Below are positions 1-12,650 of a DNA stretch of 64,000 bases, piece after piece; position 1 is the stretch's first letter, and each line of letters begins with the position of its first letter. The notes beneath the pieces are model-generated. The model saw only the letters and a program-made list of their open reading frames with translations, had not been told where the DNA came from and did no database searches. Source of the stretch: Microcaecilia unicolor (lineage: Eukaryota). The stretch covers positions 302,253 to 366,252 of the forward strand of contig NW_021963017.1 in assembly GCF_901765095.1 (NCBI RefSeq), read 5' to 3'. The translations under genes were made by a program, and so were the position numbers.

Positions 1-207
1 TCAGATGGAATTGACGGCTCTCAGGAGCAGGATTGTTGGATTCCTGGAGAGGATCCTTCAGTAGTGCGGATTTTCCATAAAGATGAGCTGTCAGAACTCA
101 TAGATCAGGTGTCGTCCACCCTTCAGTTTGGTCCTGAGGTGGCTTTGGGGGAAACTGTCCAGGATCCGTTGGTGAAGGGCATTCAGCGTCAGGCGTGATC
201 CTTCCCT

Positions 208-672
208 ATGAACAAGGATCTCCGGGAGATGATTTGTCAGGAATGGGATTTGCCGTGTAAGGTGGCAAAGGCAATGGCGAGGCTTTATCCCCTCCCTCAG
301 GACGATAGGGATTCCTTTAAGGCTCCCATGGTAGATGCAGTAGTGACGGCAGTAATTATAGCTACGGCTATTCCGGTTGATGGAGGAACGGCCCTCCGTG
401 ATCCTCAGGATAGGAGGTTGGGATCTTTTCTCAAGCGTAGTTTTGTTTTGTCGGCTCTAGCCCTGCAGGCCTTGGTTTGTGGGGGTCTGGTAGCTCGGGC
501 ATGTTTTCGTTGGGCCGAGAAGCTCCTGGATGATTCGGTAGATGTTGGTTCATCCTTTTTGTCTGAGGCTTTTATGATTTGTTGCGTACTTCAGACAAAA
601 AATATGGCTATGGTTGTGGGTCTCTGCCACTTAAGGGAGCTATGCTCTTTGGAGAAGATTTGGACAAGTTAG
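208..672 (+). pseudogene. Gag C-terminal fragment of DIRS copy A
   Basis: A 154-aa ORF lies immediately upstream of pol. It has weak similarity to the C-terminal part of the 702-aa Gag of the main copy, including a KAxRKxLARG-like stretch. There is no independent domain evidence. Confidence 0.35.
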
Positions 673-1193
673 TGTGAGGTCTTAGTGATACCAAGGTTCT
701 ATGGCTTCCAGATTTTCGGTTCAAGGCAGGGGCCAGAACTAGTTCCTCTCGGGGACGGTTTAGGGAGGCTCAGCGGTATAGGCCGGGCAGATCGAGTGGG
801 ACCTACCCCTAGCTGTCTGTTCGTCTGTCCAATTTAGATTGTAAGCTCTGTTGAGCAGGGACTGTCTTTTCATGTTAATTTGTACAGCGCTGCGTAAGTC
901 TAGTAGCGCTATAGAAATGTTTAATAGTAGTAGTAGTAGGACCTCTAGGGGTCGGTTTTTCCAGCGCACACAGTTCTTTCGTGAGAGTCGTCGCGGAGGG
1001 CGTGGCTTTTCCGCGGGAGGTTAGTATTCAGGCCGCAATTCCCAATGAAGGTGTGGCGGCTTAGGCTCTGTTGCATGTTGGGGCTTGGCTGAGTCTGTTT
1101 TACCAGAGCTGGGCCCAAATCAGGTCAGATCAGTGGGTTCTCAAGGTGTTTCGAGGCGGATATGCGCTGTAATTCGAAAGCTGTTCTCCCGAA

Positions 1194-2650
1194 GTGTTTC
1201 TGGAATCCCTCTGTCGGTCTTGGAGCAAGAGGGCAGCAGTGAGGGACACTCTGCGGTGGCTGCTCGCGTTGGGAGCCGTGGTTCCTGTTCCTTCAGATCA
1301 GCAACGCTCAGGGTGCTATTTGATCTATTTTGTGGTCCACAAGAAAGAGGACACTTTTCGTCCCATTTTAGATCTCAAAAGGGTCAATGCGGCACTCAAG
1401 GTGCCCTCTTTCCGGATGGAGACGTTGCGGTCGGTCACTGGTGCGGTCCGGAAAGGAGAGTTTCTCACTTCCCTGGATTTGACGGAAACTTATCTTTACT
1501 TTCCTTCGTGCGGCCTTTTGGTTCCAAGTTACAGGGTCCGATTCGTCGGTTCCTTGCAGAGAAGGCGCCGACGGCCCATACTTATCGTCAGGTCCTGGGC
1601 CTGATGGCGGCGACCATAGAGGTAGTTCTGTGGGCCAGGGCGCACATGCGTCAGGTACAGTCAGCTCTGCTCAGTCGTTGGTCCCCTCTGTCGCAGGACT
1701 TGGAGAGGTGTTGTCCGCTGTCGGTGGCCCCTCGTCTCAGTCTCCGATGGTGGCTCAACCCGCGCAATTTGGGAAAAGGAATGCCGTTGGAGTCCCCACA
1801 GGGGCTGGTAATGGTCACGGATGCCAGTCTGCAAGGTTGGGGGGCCACATTGTCTCGGTCAGGTAGCTCAAGGCCGGTGGTCTCGGGCAGAAGCAGAGTG
1901 GTCCATCAACCGGCTGGAACTCGGGCCATTCGGGTGGCGCTCCAGGCCTTGCCGTCGGTGGTTCGCCACAAGGCAGTCCGAGTGCTCTGCGACAACGCCA
2001 TGGCAGTAGCGTATGTCAACCGTCAAGGGGGACGAAGAGCCTTGGCGGCGCAGTTGAACTCATCTTCAGGCTCTCTTGGCAGCGCATGTGGCCGGGGTAG
2101 GTCACATAGATGCAGATTATCTCAGCAGGCACACTCTAGATCCCAGAGAGTGGTCTTTTCTTCGGTCAGTGTTCCAGCGAGTTGTGTCGGTCTGGGGACT
2201 TTCGGTGATAGATCTTAGGGCAACGGCTCGCTATGCGCAAGTTCAGAGATTTTTTTTTTCAGTCGCTGAAGAGACCCTCGAGCGGAGGGAATCGACGCTC
2301 TTCTGTTGCCTTGGCCTCGGGAGTGGCTGTATGTGTTTCCTCCGTGGCTGTTAGTCGGTCGAGTAATATAGCGCATCGAACATCACTCCGGTCGGGTGAT
2401 TCTGGTGGCTCCGGATTGGCAGCGTCGACCATGGTACAGAGACCTGGTGCGGTTGGCAGGGGCGGCGGCCCTGCCTTTGTTGGGATCAGTTCTGTGTCAA
2501 GGCCCGATAATCATGCCGGATCCGGCTCGGTTTTCGCTTACGGCTTGGCTCTTGAGCGGCACAAGTTGAAGAAGAAGGGGCTTTCGTCCAGTGGCTTTGC
2601 TACGATGTTGAGTTGCCGTAGACGATCCACTTCCTTGGCGTAGGTCCGGG
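1194..2650 (+). pseudogene. Pol of DIRS copy A, split across at least two reading frames. It comprises RT fingers/palm, RT thumb with RNase H, and a C-terminal tail.
   Basis: ORF 1194-1604 carries FRPILDLKRVNAAL and LTSLDLTETY. ORF 1085-2218 carries YRQVLGLMAATIEVV (thumb) and LVMVTDASLQGWGATL (RNase H). This C-terminal tail is collinear with ORF2 of the main copy (32675-34600), but the frames switch. Confidence 0.65.
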
Positions 2651-2895
2651 TTTGGAGAATCTTTGAGCACTGGTGTGAAGACCATCGAGTTCGGCCGGTT
2701 AGCTCTTCGGTGGCGGAAGTTTTGGAATTTTTGCACGATGGTGTTGATAGGGGTCTGGCCTTGTCTACACTGAAGGTTCAGGTGGCAGCTTTGTCATGTT
2801 TTCGTGGGAAGCTTCAGTGAAAGTCCTTCGCTTCTGTGCCTCAGGTAGTGCGTTTTTTGAAGGGTGTTAAGTTGCTGCGTCCGCCTCAGTGACGG

Positions 2896-3606
2896 ATGGT
2901 GCCTCCGTGGGATTTGAAGCTAGTTTTGAATGCTTTGATCAGGCCTCCGTTTGGGCCTCTGGTATCGGCATCTTGTAAGGATTTATCTTTAAAGACGGTC
3001 TTGTTGGGGGCGATTACTTCAGCACGGAGGGTTTCAGAGCTTCAGGCTTTGTCTTGTAGGGAACCATTTTTGTCCTTTCTGAGGGAAAGGTTTCGTTGCG
3101 GACGGTGCTTTCCTTTTTTGCCCAAGGTGGTTTCCGAGTTCCATGTTAATCAGGTCATCTCTCTGCCAGTGTTGGGTGATATGGCTGGAGATTCGGAGCA
3201 ACGTGGTATTGCCAAGCTGGATGTCAGGAGAGTTTTGAGTTGTTATCTCTCTGGAACTCAGGACTTCAGAGCCTCTGACCGTTTGTTCGTTCTTCATGGT
3301 GGCCCAAAGAAGGGTGCAGCGGCTCCTAAGGTGACCATAGCACGGTGGTTGAAGGAGGCGGTTGCATCTGCTTACTTGGTGAAGGGTCCTGTGGTGCCTA
3401 GGGGCTGGTCTGCTCATTCCACTAGGGGAATGGCAGCCTCGTGGGCGGAGAATAGTATGATTTCTCCATTAGATATTTGTCGGGCTGCGGTTTGGTTTTC
3501 GTTGCATTCCTTTGTGAAGCATTATAGGATTCCTGTGCATGCGAAGGACGAGGTGCGCTTTGGGGCAGCTGTTTTGACCTCTGGCCTTAGTAGGTCCCTC
3601 CCGTAA
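2896..3606 (+). CDS. Tyrosine recombinase (integrase-type YR) of DIRS copy A, an uninterrupted 236-aa ORF
   Basis: It contains box I ARRVSELQAL, box II HSTRGMAASWA (His-x-x-Arg) and a C-terminal KHYRIP that is the candidate catalytic Tyr. It is collinear with the disrupted YR of the main copy. Confidence 0.7.
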   Translation: MVPPWDLKLVLNALIRPPFGPLVSASCKDLSLKTVLLGAITSARRVSELQALSCREPFLSFLRERFRCGRCFPFLPKVVSEFHVNQVISLPVLGDMAGDSEQRGIAKLDVRRVLSCYLSGTQDFRASDRLFVLHGGPKKGAAAPKVTIARWLKEAVASAYLVKGPVVPRGWSAHSTRGMAASWAENSMISPLDICRAAVWFSLHSFVKHYRIPVHAKDEVRFGAAVLTSGLSRSLP

Positions 3607-3639
3607 GTTAGTTACTGCTCTGGTACGTCCCACGCGTCT

Positions 3640-3737
3640 TGACCGGTCTGGAGGGTCGCTGAGGAAGGTGAAATTAGATCTTACCTGCTAATTTTCTTTC
3701 CTCTAGACCCTCCAGACCGGTCAAGAGCCCGCCCTGT
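3640..3737. repeat. ICR-like hairpin of DIRS copy A
   Basis: The sequence cttgaccggtctggagggtc (3640-3659) is followed at 3670-3737 by the exact reverse complement of the right terminus at 4128-4186. Confidence 0.6.
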
Positions 3738-4127
3738 CTGTATTGGAGGCCAGGAGGTGTGTTTGTTGGATAATTCTTGGCTGCTGTAGATTGTTGTTTC
3801 TCTAATTGCAGACTCTGTTTATTTCTGTTTTGTGATAGGAGTCTGGGACAGGTGAGGCTCTTCTTTGATAGTCCACCTGTAGAAGCCCAACTGTTTTATC
3901 AAAGGCAAAGGAACATGTTTCCGTAAGAGCAAGCGGAAGATGTTTCTTGTTTTTGCAGTTTACTGTGTCCATGTACAGGGTTGCTAGTTGTTGTTAGTGT
4001 TTTTTGTTTCTCTGCTTTGTCAGGGTTATACTGGCTAGTGGAGGTTCTGCACAGGTTATATATACAGGCTTCAAAAGCTTAGTGTTTTCTCAGTCTCCCT
4101 CTGCTGGTAGGAGGACATAACCCACGC

Positions 4128-4186
4128 GTCTTGACCGGTCTGGAGGGTCTAGAGGAAAGAAAATTAGCAGGTAAGATCTAATTTCA
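4128..4186 (+). repeat. Right terminal repeat of DIRS copy A
   Basis: The sequence is cttgaccggtctggagggtc plus tagaggaaagaaaattagcaggtaagatctaatttcacc. It is complementary to 3670-3737. The same architecture recurs at 8910-8960 and 19858-19920. Confidence 0.55.
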
Positions 4187-6626
4187 CCTTTCAGTACAAA
4201 GCCCTTCCCTCCCCCCCCCCCCTACCAGCCTCAAGGTATTCACCAAATGCATTGTGGTTGTGGCAGCCTACCTACACAAGCAAATACTCCTTGATGTTTC
4301 CGTACTTCAAAGAATGACTTCTACTTCACCACCAGATCTAAATCTATCTTTGCCCATACATTTTCCAGCAAAATTGTGTCTATAGAAAAAGCAGGTGCAA
4401 GTGACCTTATTTTCTACCTGTGGTAAATGTAAAGGCCATGTATACACTTCCACTTTAAGAACTCATGCAAAGTCCACAGTAAAAGTTATGCACAATCTTT
4501 GTCCCAGTGTGAACAGTTTGAAAACTGCCCCCCTATTTTGCATTATTAGGCATCATATTTTATACAAGCTACAATATATATCCTAACAAGTAGAAAGACT
4601 GAAGGCACTTTTCCTAACTAGTTTCACAGTGTACACCAATTGTTCTTTGGCATCCTTACCAGACCAGTCCAGAACCTGTGGGCTGTACAAATTGACCAGC
4701 AAATGGGGACATCCTTAATTGCTCTGGCAGATGGTGACAGGCAGACTCTTCAGCTCCTGATCTGGTTACTGAAGCATCTCTTGCAAAGTGGTACCTCACT
4801 TGGTTGTAAACTTTAAAAAAAAAAGTTAAGGACATATAGCAAATTTAATTTAATCTGGAGCAAGGATTATAATTGGAGGAGTGCAAGTTCTTCTTCCCAT
4901 CCCCTTCCCTTTCCCCTCCATTGTTCACTGCTGTTTGTTTTTTCTTTCCCTTGAAAGGGGTTTAAATAATTGGATGGGAAGTTGTTTCCTCACCTTAAGA
5001 CATCATAAGAATTGTTGTGCAGCATTTGTTTCAAGCTACACTAGTGGTTAGAGGAAGCAGTTGGGAATATACACCAGTACCATGAGAAGGGATGATTCCC
5101 TTCAACTAGTCCTTAGGGATCCTGCATTAGAGGCCACGTGCTCATTCCAGCAGCAGTGCTTCTTTCAGAGTGCCTAAGCTAAAGCACCTGTCTTGCTTTC
5201 CAGCTTGGCCTGTGCACCTGAGGTAATTTTCAGGGTACGCTATAGGATGCAAACCTCAGTAGAAGAGGATAACTTGGAGGAGACTGTGACAAAACAGTGG
5301 GTTTGTAAGCCTGTAAACTGTATTATTTCTTGAAGTGTATTTCTCTAGTTTGGCCAGCAGGTGGTACATGTTTTATGTTTAAAGCTGTTAAAGAGAAATG
5401 ACTGTACCTTGTTTAGTTTAACACAAAGAAGTAGTACCCTGCAGTGATAAGGCCAGCTACTTTTAAAAAATGTTGTTCTGGGCTCTGGCCCAGGAGCTCA
5501 AATTCAGTCTGGAAATACTGGATTTTTCTCCAGTCTCAGTTTGGAAGTAGAGAGAGAGTGACCATTTTACTGAGACCCTGTGAACAGTTATATTCTGTAT
5601 CCTGTGAGCAGCTATATTTCCTGTACTTCCCAGGCTCTATCCAGTTAGTGATAAAATGTTTAGATAGTTTTATAATTGATCCTTATTCAGTTACCTGTTG
5701 TTTTCCATCTGTTTTTATAGTTCACTGTTCAGTATTTTTATAACCATAAAACCTTTTTAGATTATTGCCTCTGCTTGTCTGGACTGACTAAGAAGGTAGT
5801 TTGTGTGTTGGGGCTGTGACTGCTTTCTAGGAACTGTGGGAACACTGGGTCCCAGCAACCTAGAAATCACTGGGGATAACTTGAGAGCAGGAGACTTGCC
5901 AGGTGGGACCCAGTCGGTGGGAGAAGGATGCTAGCGCAGAGCACATACCCAGGTGCAGGCAGACCTGAGCTGTGCTGGGGATAGACCCTCTAAGTGGCCG
6001 CAAAGTTAGCCCCAGATGAGTGGCTAGTTGTTTCATGACAGAGTCCAAATAACCCTCCCCCCTCCCCCCGCTGGTTCATTTTCCTTCTTCCAAAATTTCT
6101 AACATTTAACTCTAAAGCCAAGACACAAGCCTTGTGCAAATCTATATTTTTTGGTGTGCCATTATAGGTGAGGTTCTAGCACCGCAAGTAACAAGGGATG
6201 ACTTTTCGTACCCTTGGCCTGGGGGAGTTCAGGTTGTAGCCACTTTCCTTTGCTGGCAGAAGCAGCATCTTGATCAGCATTTAAGCACAGTTATTCTCTC
6301 TGTAGTAGTGTGGCCCATGCCGCTGAGGAGTTCCTCGGGGCACATTTTGGAGGGAGCCCCCAGCAGACTGCATTTAGCATGGGCAGCAGCTCTTTTGGTT
6401 CCAGCAGCCTCTAGTTGACTGTTGTCCGCAAAACAAGCCAGGACCCAACTTACCAACTATCTTTTGAGTAAAATGAAAAAGTGACATTTAGTGGTGCTTT
6501 GCAAACCTGTGGGTCATGAATATAAGCTTGGGAAGACTGGCTACCTTGAGCAACCTTCTGAAGTAACTCTGGTCTCTGAGTCTTTAGTACAGTATTTTGG
6601 CTTCCTGCCTTCGTTGCTAATGGGAG

Positions 6627-6812
6627 TGGAGGAGTGGCCTAGTGGTTAGGGTGGTGGACTTTGGTCCTGAGGAACTGAGTTCAATTCCCACTTCAGGCAC
6701 AGGCAGCTCCTTGTGACTCTGGGCAAGTCACTTAACCCTCCATTGCCCTATGTAAGCCGCATTGAGCCTGCCATGAGTGGGAAAGCACGGGGTACAAATG
6801 TAACAAAAAAAA
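6627..6812 (+). mobile_element. tRNA-derived SINE
   Basis: It has an A-box-like tagtggttag head and a tail motif gtaagccgcattgagcctgc...gggaaagcacggggtacaaatgtaac. Related copies lie at 17342, 51925 and 24536 (minus strand). Confidence 0.6.
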
Positions 6813-8507
6813 CCCAAATTCTTAAAGGAAGGTCTTGTCTCTGGTGAACAGCTTATCTGCCTGAAGGGGATGACTGAGTTCCAATGGTTTTCACAGAGAT
6901 CACCATAACAGCAGGGTTCTTTGTTCTATGGATTTGGGCAATTGTTCCTGAAGCATTCTCTGAGAGAGTTTTATTGGTTGTACCTTTTTATTTGCAAAAA
7001 GGTATTTGGAGTGCATCCATTTTCAATCCCTGTGCTTTAAGACACTGAAGAGATGGCAGCCCAAAGTTTGGTTTTCTGTTCTTCTGCATAATATTTGAGT
7101 TGCTTTTCTGTCTGTGTTAGTGGCATTCTTTTCCTTTCTCTGGTTTTATTGTAAACTGTTTTGGCCTGCCTTTAGATTAGGTGATGAAGCAAGTTGAAAT
7201 GGACATAAACATACTATACTTCTTCTAACCTCTTGGCTAAGTGGTCAGTCTCTTCTAGGGCAGCCAAGTTTCCTGTTGAGGCTTACTCTTCTTAGGTGAG
7301 AGACTCCATCACCAAGTCATTGTAAATTTTCCTTCAAGTTCAAGGAGTATTCCAATTTAATTCTACATCCGATTGCTTCTGCACCACATGGAGCCTTAGT
7401 CATGGGGCTAGATAAAGGTGCAGGAATCAGTGCAGTGTCCATAAATTCAGTCTCATGGCCTTGGATTCAAATAACGTCCTTAACGGAGTTTTCTGTTTTC
7501 TCACTAGTTGATACACTCTTAGATCTATGCGTGTAGTGTTCTCTTGGAGTTCTAGCATGGTGCAGTATAACGTAATGGCTTTGGTTCAGCATTGTGTTCT
7601 GAGATGTCAACCTTGAAACTACCATTTGGAAAATAACAGCATCAGGTACTGGCCCATTGACTGGGATGCTCTGGATCAGGTGACACAAGAGGTTTAGTTT
7701 TGGTCCACAGTTTTGTGATCCTTCAACTCTCTGGAGCTTTCTGCCATTTGACTACTGCTATAGGCCTTTCTCCTTCCTCTTCATGGAAGAGCATTGAGGG
7801 CGTTTCTACCAAAGAGAGAGCTTAGTGCAGTCAACAGATAAGGAGGTATAAGAAGCATTTTCTTTTTCTATCTTCAGTGCTGATTGCTAGTATACAAACC
7901 ATTTCTCCAACCCTGAATGTATGGAAACTGAAGTATATGTTCTAGTCATCTCCATGTTAGATTGGGTGCTCCAGAGGTTCTCTCTCTCTACCACTATTTT
8001 CCTATAGCACCAAACTAACCATGGAGGTTTTGGTTATTCAGTTTTAACCTGAGACATTTCAACATCTTTGGATTTCCCATTAGATGATATTTTACTGCAA
8101 GAAATGTCTCTTATGTTTCTATTACAGATTGGCTCTTGAGTGGTCATGCTTCAAATGCTGTAGATTTCCAGGAGCATATCTTAGTCATGCTTTTTCAGTC
8201 TTAGAACTGCCTTCCTTCTTTAGCATACTTGAGAGTTTGCAGAGGAGGCAGTTCTTCCTCTGTTGAATCTTTCTTTTCTTTAGGATAGAATCCAGGTAGA
8301 AATAACTTGGGATACCTTATAAGTTCAAGTTGCAGCTTTATCATGCTTTCAAGGCCTCCTGAAAGGTTTTATCAAGCATTAAATCCACATGTAGGTCGCC
8401 TTCTCTAAGGTGGGATGTTGTACATCCTCCTATGCTTTTCTCCTGTCCTGAGTGGATATTCTGGAGTCCCACCCATCTTGGGAACTACTTTAATACATCC
8501 CACAGGT

Positions 8508-8960
8508 TTTGGACTGGTCTGATGAAGAAGCTAAGGAAGGAGAAATGTGGCCTTTCCTGCTAATTTTCTTTTCTTTAGTTCCACCAGACCTCTCCAGATG
8601 CCCTCCCTAATATATTTCTAGTTCTTAAATTAATTTAGTATGCTTTAATATTGCTCTTCTGACTCTTTTTATCAACAGTTAAACTTCAGTTTTCTCTAAC
8701 AGTTTAGCTTTTTGAAGTTTTTATTAGCAGTATGTTAAATGAATATTTTTATTACAACAACTTGAGCGAAAAAGAAAACAGATGGTCCACTGTTTTGTCT
8801 TTCAAAATACTGAGCATTTAAGGCTGCACGGTGCCCTTATTAGGTGAAGCATGCAGAACTTCTTTTTTTTTCTCTGTCTCCATCTGCTGGTTGGCGGGCA
8901 TAGCCCACAGGTTCTAGACTGGTCTGATGGAACTAAAGGAAAAAGAAGTATGAGGTAAGA
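8508..8960 (+). mobile_element. Solo DIRS 3' terminal module, made of an ICR-like hairpin, a spacer and a right terminus
   Basis: The hairpin spans 8508-8598, with ggactggtctgatgaag... pairing to ...ttccaccagacctc. The terminal unit at 8910-8960 (actggtctgatggaactaaaggaaaaagaagtatgaggtaagaccctaattt) parallels 4128-4186 of copy A. Confidence 0.5.
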
Positions 8961-9141
8961 CCCTAATTTTTCCATGCTGCCATTTTAAAAAACCCATTTA
9001 GCTTTGTCAGTTTTGCATAGACGTAGTAGCAATAAATCTCTCTCTTCAGATTTCTGCGTCCTCACCCCCCTCCCCCAATCCTATCACTGTTTACAAGTAC
9101 CATGGAAATGTTTGACAATTATTTGAAACAATTGTTTATAG

Positions 9142-9228
9142 GTGAAGGAAAAGGACCAGGCTCACCAGGAATACAGACAAGCTGTCAGTGAAGGCCATGG
9201 AGCTTACTTGATGGATCAGGATGCACCG
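9142..9228 (+). CDS. PARP4: PARP4 exon, the region upstream of the VIT domain
   Basis: It translates to VKEKDQAHQEYRQAVSEGHGAYLMDQDAP, which matches human PARP4 ...KEAHQEYSQAVSEGHGAYL.SQDAP. It has an AG acceptor (tttatag) and a GT donor (ccg|gtgtgt). Confidence 0.75.
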
Positions 9229-11914
9229 GTGTGTATTTCTGTAAATGTGTTGATTTTTTACATTGTTGAGATAAAATCCTAATCTAAGATTGTGATCTGA
9301 ACCGATACCTGTTTTGGAACTAGAGCTGTAATAGGGCAACGATATTGAGATTGTACCACTGGAAAACATTTTTGTCTGTAGTTGATGCTTTCAATTAGTA
9401 GATTGTGGAGATCATTTCAGAAGCTTTGAACAGCATCTACACATGTCAATTGTTGTTTACCTATATGTACAATCTAGAAGTATAAATATAACTATCTTAG
9501 AATGCCACTGTTTACATGTATAGATGGCCCAGGATGCCAAGATTCAAAGCGGTTGTGTTAGGTGTGGTTTGGAAAAATATGCACATACCATATATACTCT
9601 ATTAGAAGTCAGTGTCATGTAAAAGTCAAATTTTAAAACTAAAAATATAGACAGAAACGCTGTGACCCAAGTATACATAGAGGCTCCCCTCCAGCCCTTC
9701 CTCCCTCACCTGGATCAGCACCTCTCTCTCTCTCTCTTCTACCTCCAGGATCCAGAATTTTTTTTTTCTCTCTCTCTGAATAAAGTTACATGGATGAGAT
9801 ATGTTCAACTTTAAAACTTGCTATTTGTGCAGAACCACTAAAACAGATAAGTTTAGCTGCTATGGGGCTGGCTACTAAGCCGCATTAAAATCTTGCATTT
9901 TACTGCAGCTCAATTTAACATGAAAGTTACTAACTTGCGGCAACTTAGTACCAAGGTTAGTGACTCTAGTGATAATTGCAAATTGCTGTATTTATTTAAC
10001 TTTACAAGCTGTGTTATTCTTCTTCCAGGAGTATTGGTCTGGTAGCACGTGGCCCAGTGTTCCCAGAAAGCCTTTCTTAAAGGAGCCAGTGCCTTTCTAA
10101 ATCATTGCTGACCACCCTGCCCCCTAGTCAAGACCTCCAATTCCACCAGGACATACTTCCAGTCTGGATTCTCCCCCCCCCCCCCTCACGTGTCACCCCA
10201 TAGACTCTCTTTTCCTCCAAGAAGTCCACCCAATTCCCCCCCCCCCATCCCACCACAGGCCTACCTCAAGAACTCTGGTGGTTTAGGGTTATGGGAACAG
10301 GAGCAATATCCAGGTTTTCCTGCCCCCTCCAGCACCAGGTTCAAAATGACACTAGTTGAACCCTAGCAGTAGTACCATGGTAGCATGAACCTCTTGTAGT
10401 AGTACTGCTACACTACCACTAAGGTTCTGCTGGCACCATTTGGAACCCAATGCTGGAGGGGACAGGAGTGGCTGGAGATCACGCCTACCCTATAACCGTA
10501 GGCCACCAGGGAGTTCTTTAGGTAGGCCTGTGGGTAGGGTTGGGGAGGTTCTTCTGTAGGGGTTGAGGGGGGAGGAGAGTCCATGTGCTGAATTCATATA
10601 GGGGTAGGAGGCTTTGGACTGGGGGTTTGGAGAGGAAGTATTCTGATAGGGTGGGATTTTTAACGGGAGGGGGGGAGGAGTTAAAAATTTGTAAAGATAT
10701 TGGGCCATATGTTAGCAGCCCAGTGCTCCTAGACAGGATATAAGGCCAGCTTTGAGCAGGGATTATTTTTCTAGAAATAATTAAGACTGTGAAGTACTTC
10801 AAGCTGTGTTATTCAATTTGCATAATAATGAGGCATTTTGTATGCTTTGCATTTCATTATGCAACCTTTGATGACTTAACCTAATGTGCCTTATGGCAAA
10901 ATAACACATGCTTTTGCTATTAACACACAAGAGGCAAATATGTGTTATACAGCTACCTTACTTAAAAAGATAATTTTTTAGCTAGCCCCAGAATGCCCAC
11001 AGCTATGTGTAGGGTAATTTTACAATGGCATTTTTGCATGCGTATGCCAGTATACATGCAAAAATGCCGTTTATAAAATTGCCTTGCATGTACAAGTAGG
11101 CACATACTTGTATGCAACACTGATGTAGGTGTGTACTGTGGCAAGAGTGGGTGGAACATAGTCAGAGTTAGTTTGCATATGTCATTTTTAAAATGCCTGA
11201 GATCAGGCCTATTATATGTATGTGCATTTACACTAGCTCTCGAGCTGTGTAAATGTATGCACATTAATTTTTCTCACAATGTCTGCAGGATTTCTGCTAG
11301 TATTTTTATAAAGACACATAGGTTCCTATGAGCCTTTATAAAGTAGGCTACAAAAGAGGTGCCTGCTTGGCCTTCGCATATAAACAACTTTTAATAATAT
11401 TACCTTGTTAATGATTTAAATGATTAAAGTTATCTGTATAAGTAGCATTTTTTTTCAAATGCAGTCAACCACGCTGCCGACCGTATACGTGATTTTAAAT
11501 ATTGCCCCCATGATGCCCAGTTATTCATTTCACAGAATTGTTCTGGGAGGAATGAGGTTGAGGTGATTGTGATTAAATTTAATTATCAAAATCTCAGGGG
11601 GAGGACCTGGTGATTTAAAAATTGAAGCATTGGTGCAAGGCTATAGGTTTGCTTAGAGTGCCAAATACCCTTGCACTAGCTCTGTGTATTCTTAAGTTGA
11701 ATGATTATATCTTCAGGAGGTCAGGCGTGGGTTTTTTTTGTTGTTTTTTTTAGCCTGCCTTCACAGGGTGTTAATGGAAAAAAATCAGAATTTTGAGAAA
11801 AACTTTCTACATACAAGGCCATTGACATTGATTATAACATAAGCAGATAAATCATACTGGTTTGGTAGTACTGTGCTAAAATGTGAAATCTTTAAGCAAG
11901 TTCTTGTTTTGTAG

Positions 11915-12079
11915 GATGTTTTTACTGTAAGTGTTGGAAACTTGCCAGCAGAAGCTACAGTTCTGATCAAAATCACTTATATCACTGAGCTGAGTATGCA
12001 GCATGGATCTGTATGTTTCCACATACCTGCTGCTGTGGCACCTTGGCAACAGGACAAAGCACTGAAGGAAAATACACAG
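11915..12079 (+). CDS. PARP4: PARP4 exon in the VIT domain
   Basis: It translates to DVFTVSVGNLPAEATVLIKITYITELSMQHGSVCFHIPAAVAPWQQDKALKENTQ. The splice junctions are tttgtag| and cag|gtttgt. Confidence 0.85.
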
Positions 12080-12383
12080 GTTTGTGTAATGTGGAACTAG
12101 GGAGGTAATTTCTACAGGAAGACCTTTTGTAGCTGCAGGACTGTCTGATTGGAGGCAGCAAGATGGCTTACTGTGCCATTTTGTTTTATGTTTCTTTGAT
12201 GAAGTTTTGCTCCCAAGTCACGGCCTGGCACCTAATTACTTTTATCACTGACTGTGTGTCAATCTCTTTATTTGTTTGAAAACCTTAAAACTATTCTTAG
12301 TCATGTAGCAAAACCCTCTGTTCTGAAGTGACTTCTGCTGCTTTAGGGTAATTGATTAAACATTGGTGTATTATTTTTCACAG

Positions 12384-12430
12384 GACACTGTAGAGAAGGT
12401 TTATATTAAAGAAGGATGGGCACAAAAAGG
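12384..12430 (+). CDS. PARP4: PARP4 exon that ends at a probable GC donor
   Basis: It translates to DTVEKVYIKEGWAQK plus the first two nucleotides of a Gly codon. Only the donor aag g|gcaagt keeps the frame into the next exon. A conventional GT donor 5 nt downstream gives a stop. Confidence 0.65.
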
Positions 12431-12568
12431 GCAAGTAATTAAAAAAAATATATGTATTTACATGCTGTGACAGTTTGTCACTATTTCAAAATAATGTATA
12501 TTGTGAATAGTTCAGCCAAATGATTTGGCGCTTTGTGAGTTATATGTGTTTTCTCTTTTGCTGTTCAG

Positions 12569-12650
12569 GGCATTCTCTTTGGATATGTCTGTTGAAATGC
12601 CGTACAAGATTGAATTCATTTACAGCCTAACACACAACATCAAAATAAAG
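12569..12650 (+). CDS. PARP4: PARP4 exon in the VIT domain
   Basis: It translates to (G)AFSLDMSVEMPYKIEFIYSLTHNIKIK, matching the human SFSLTMSIEMPYVIEF. The junctions are ttcag| and aag|gtaagt. Confidence 0.8.

Larger units (their letters stand above)
1..4186 (+). mobile_element. DIRS-like tyrosine-recombinase retrotransposon, copy A. It is a divergent subfamily, cut at the 5' end by the window edge, with a frameshifted pol and its 3' terminal structure present.
   Basis: The domain order is Gag tail, RT, RNase H, then YR. RT motifs include ILDLKRVN and SLDLTETY. The RNase H motif is MVTDASLQGWGA. The YR boxes are ARRVSEL, HSTRGMAAS and a terminal HY. A hairpin at 3640-3737 is complementary to the terminal repeat at 4128-4186. 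Confidence 0.75.

Noticed and set aside
1085-2218. A 377-aa ORF that could be called a single protein
   Set aside because: Its N-terminal half is out of frame relative to the RT encoded by ORF 1194-1604. Only the C-terminal RT thumb and RNase H part is genuine. It is a frameshifted pol.
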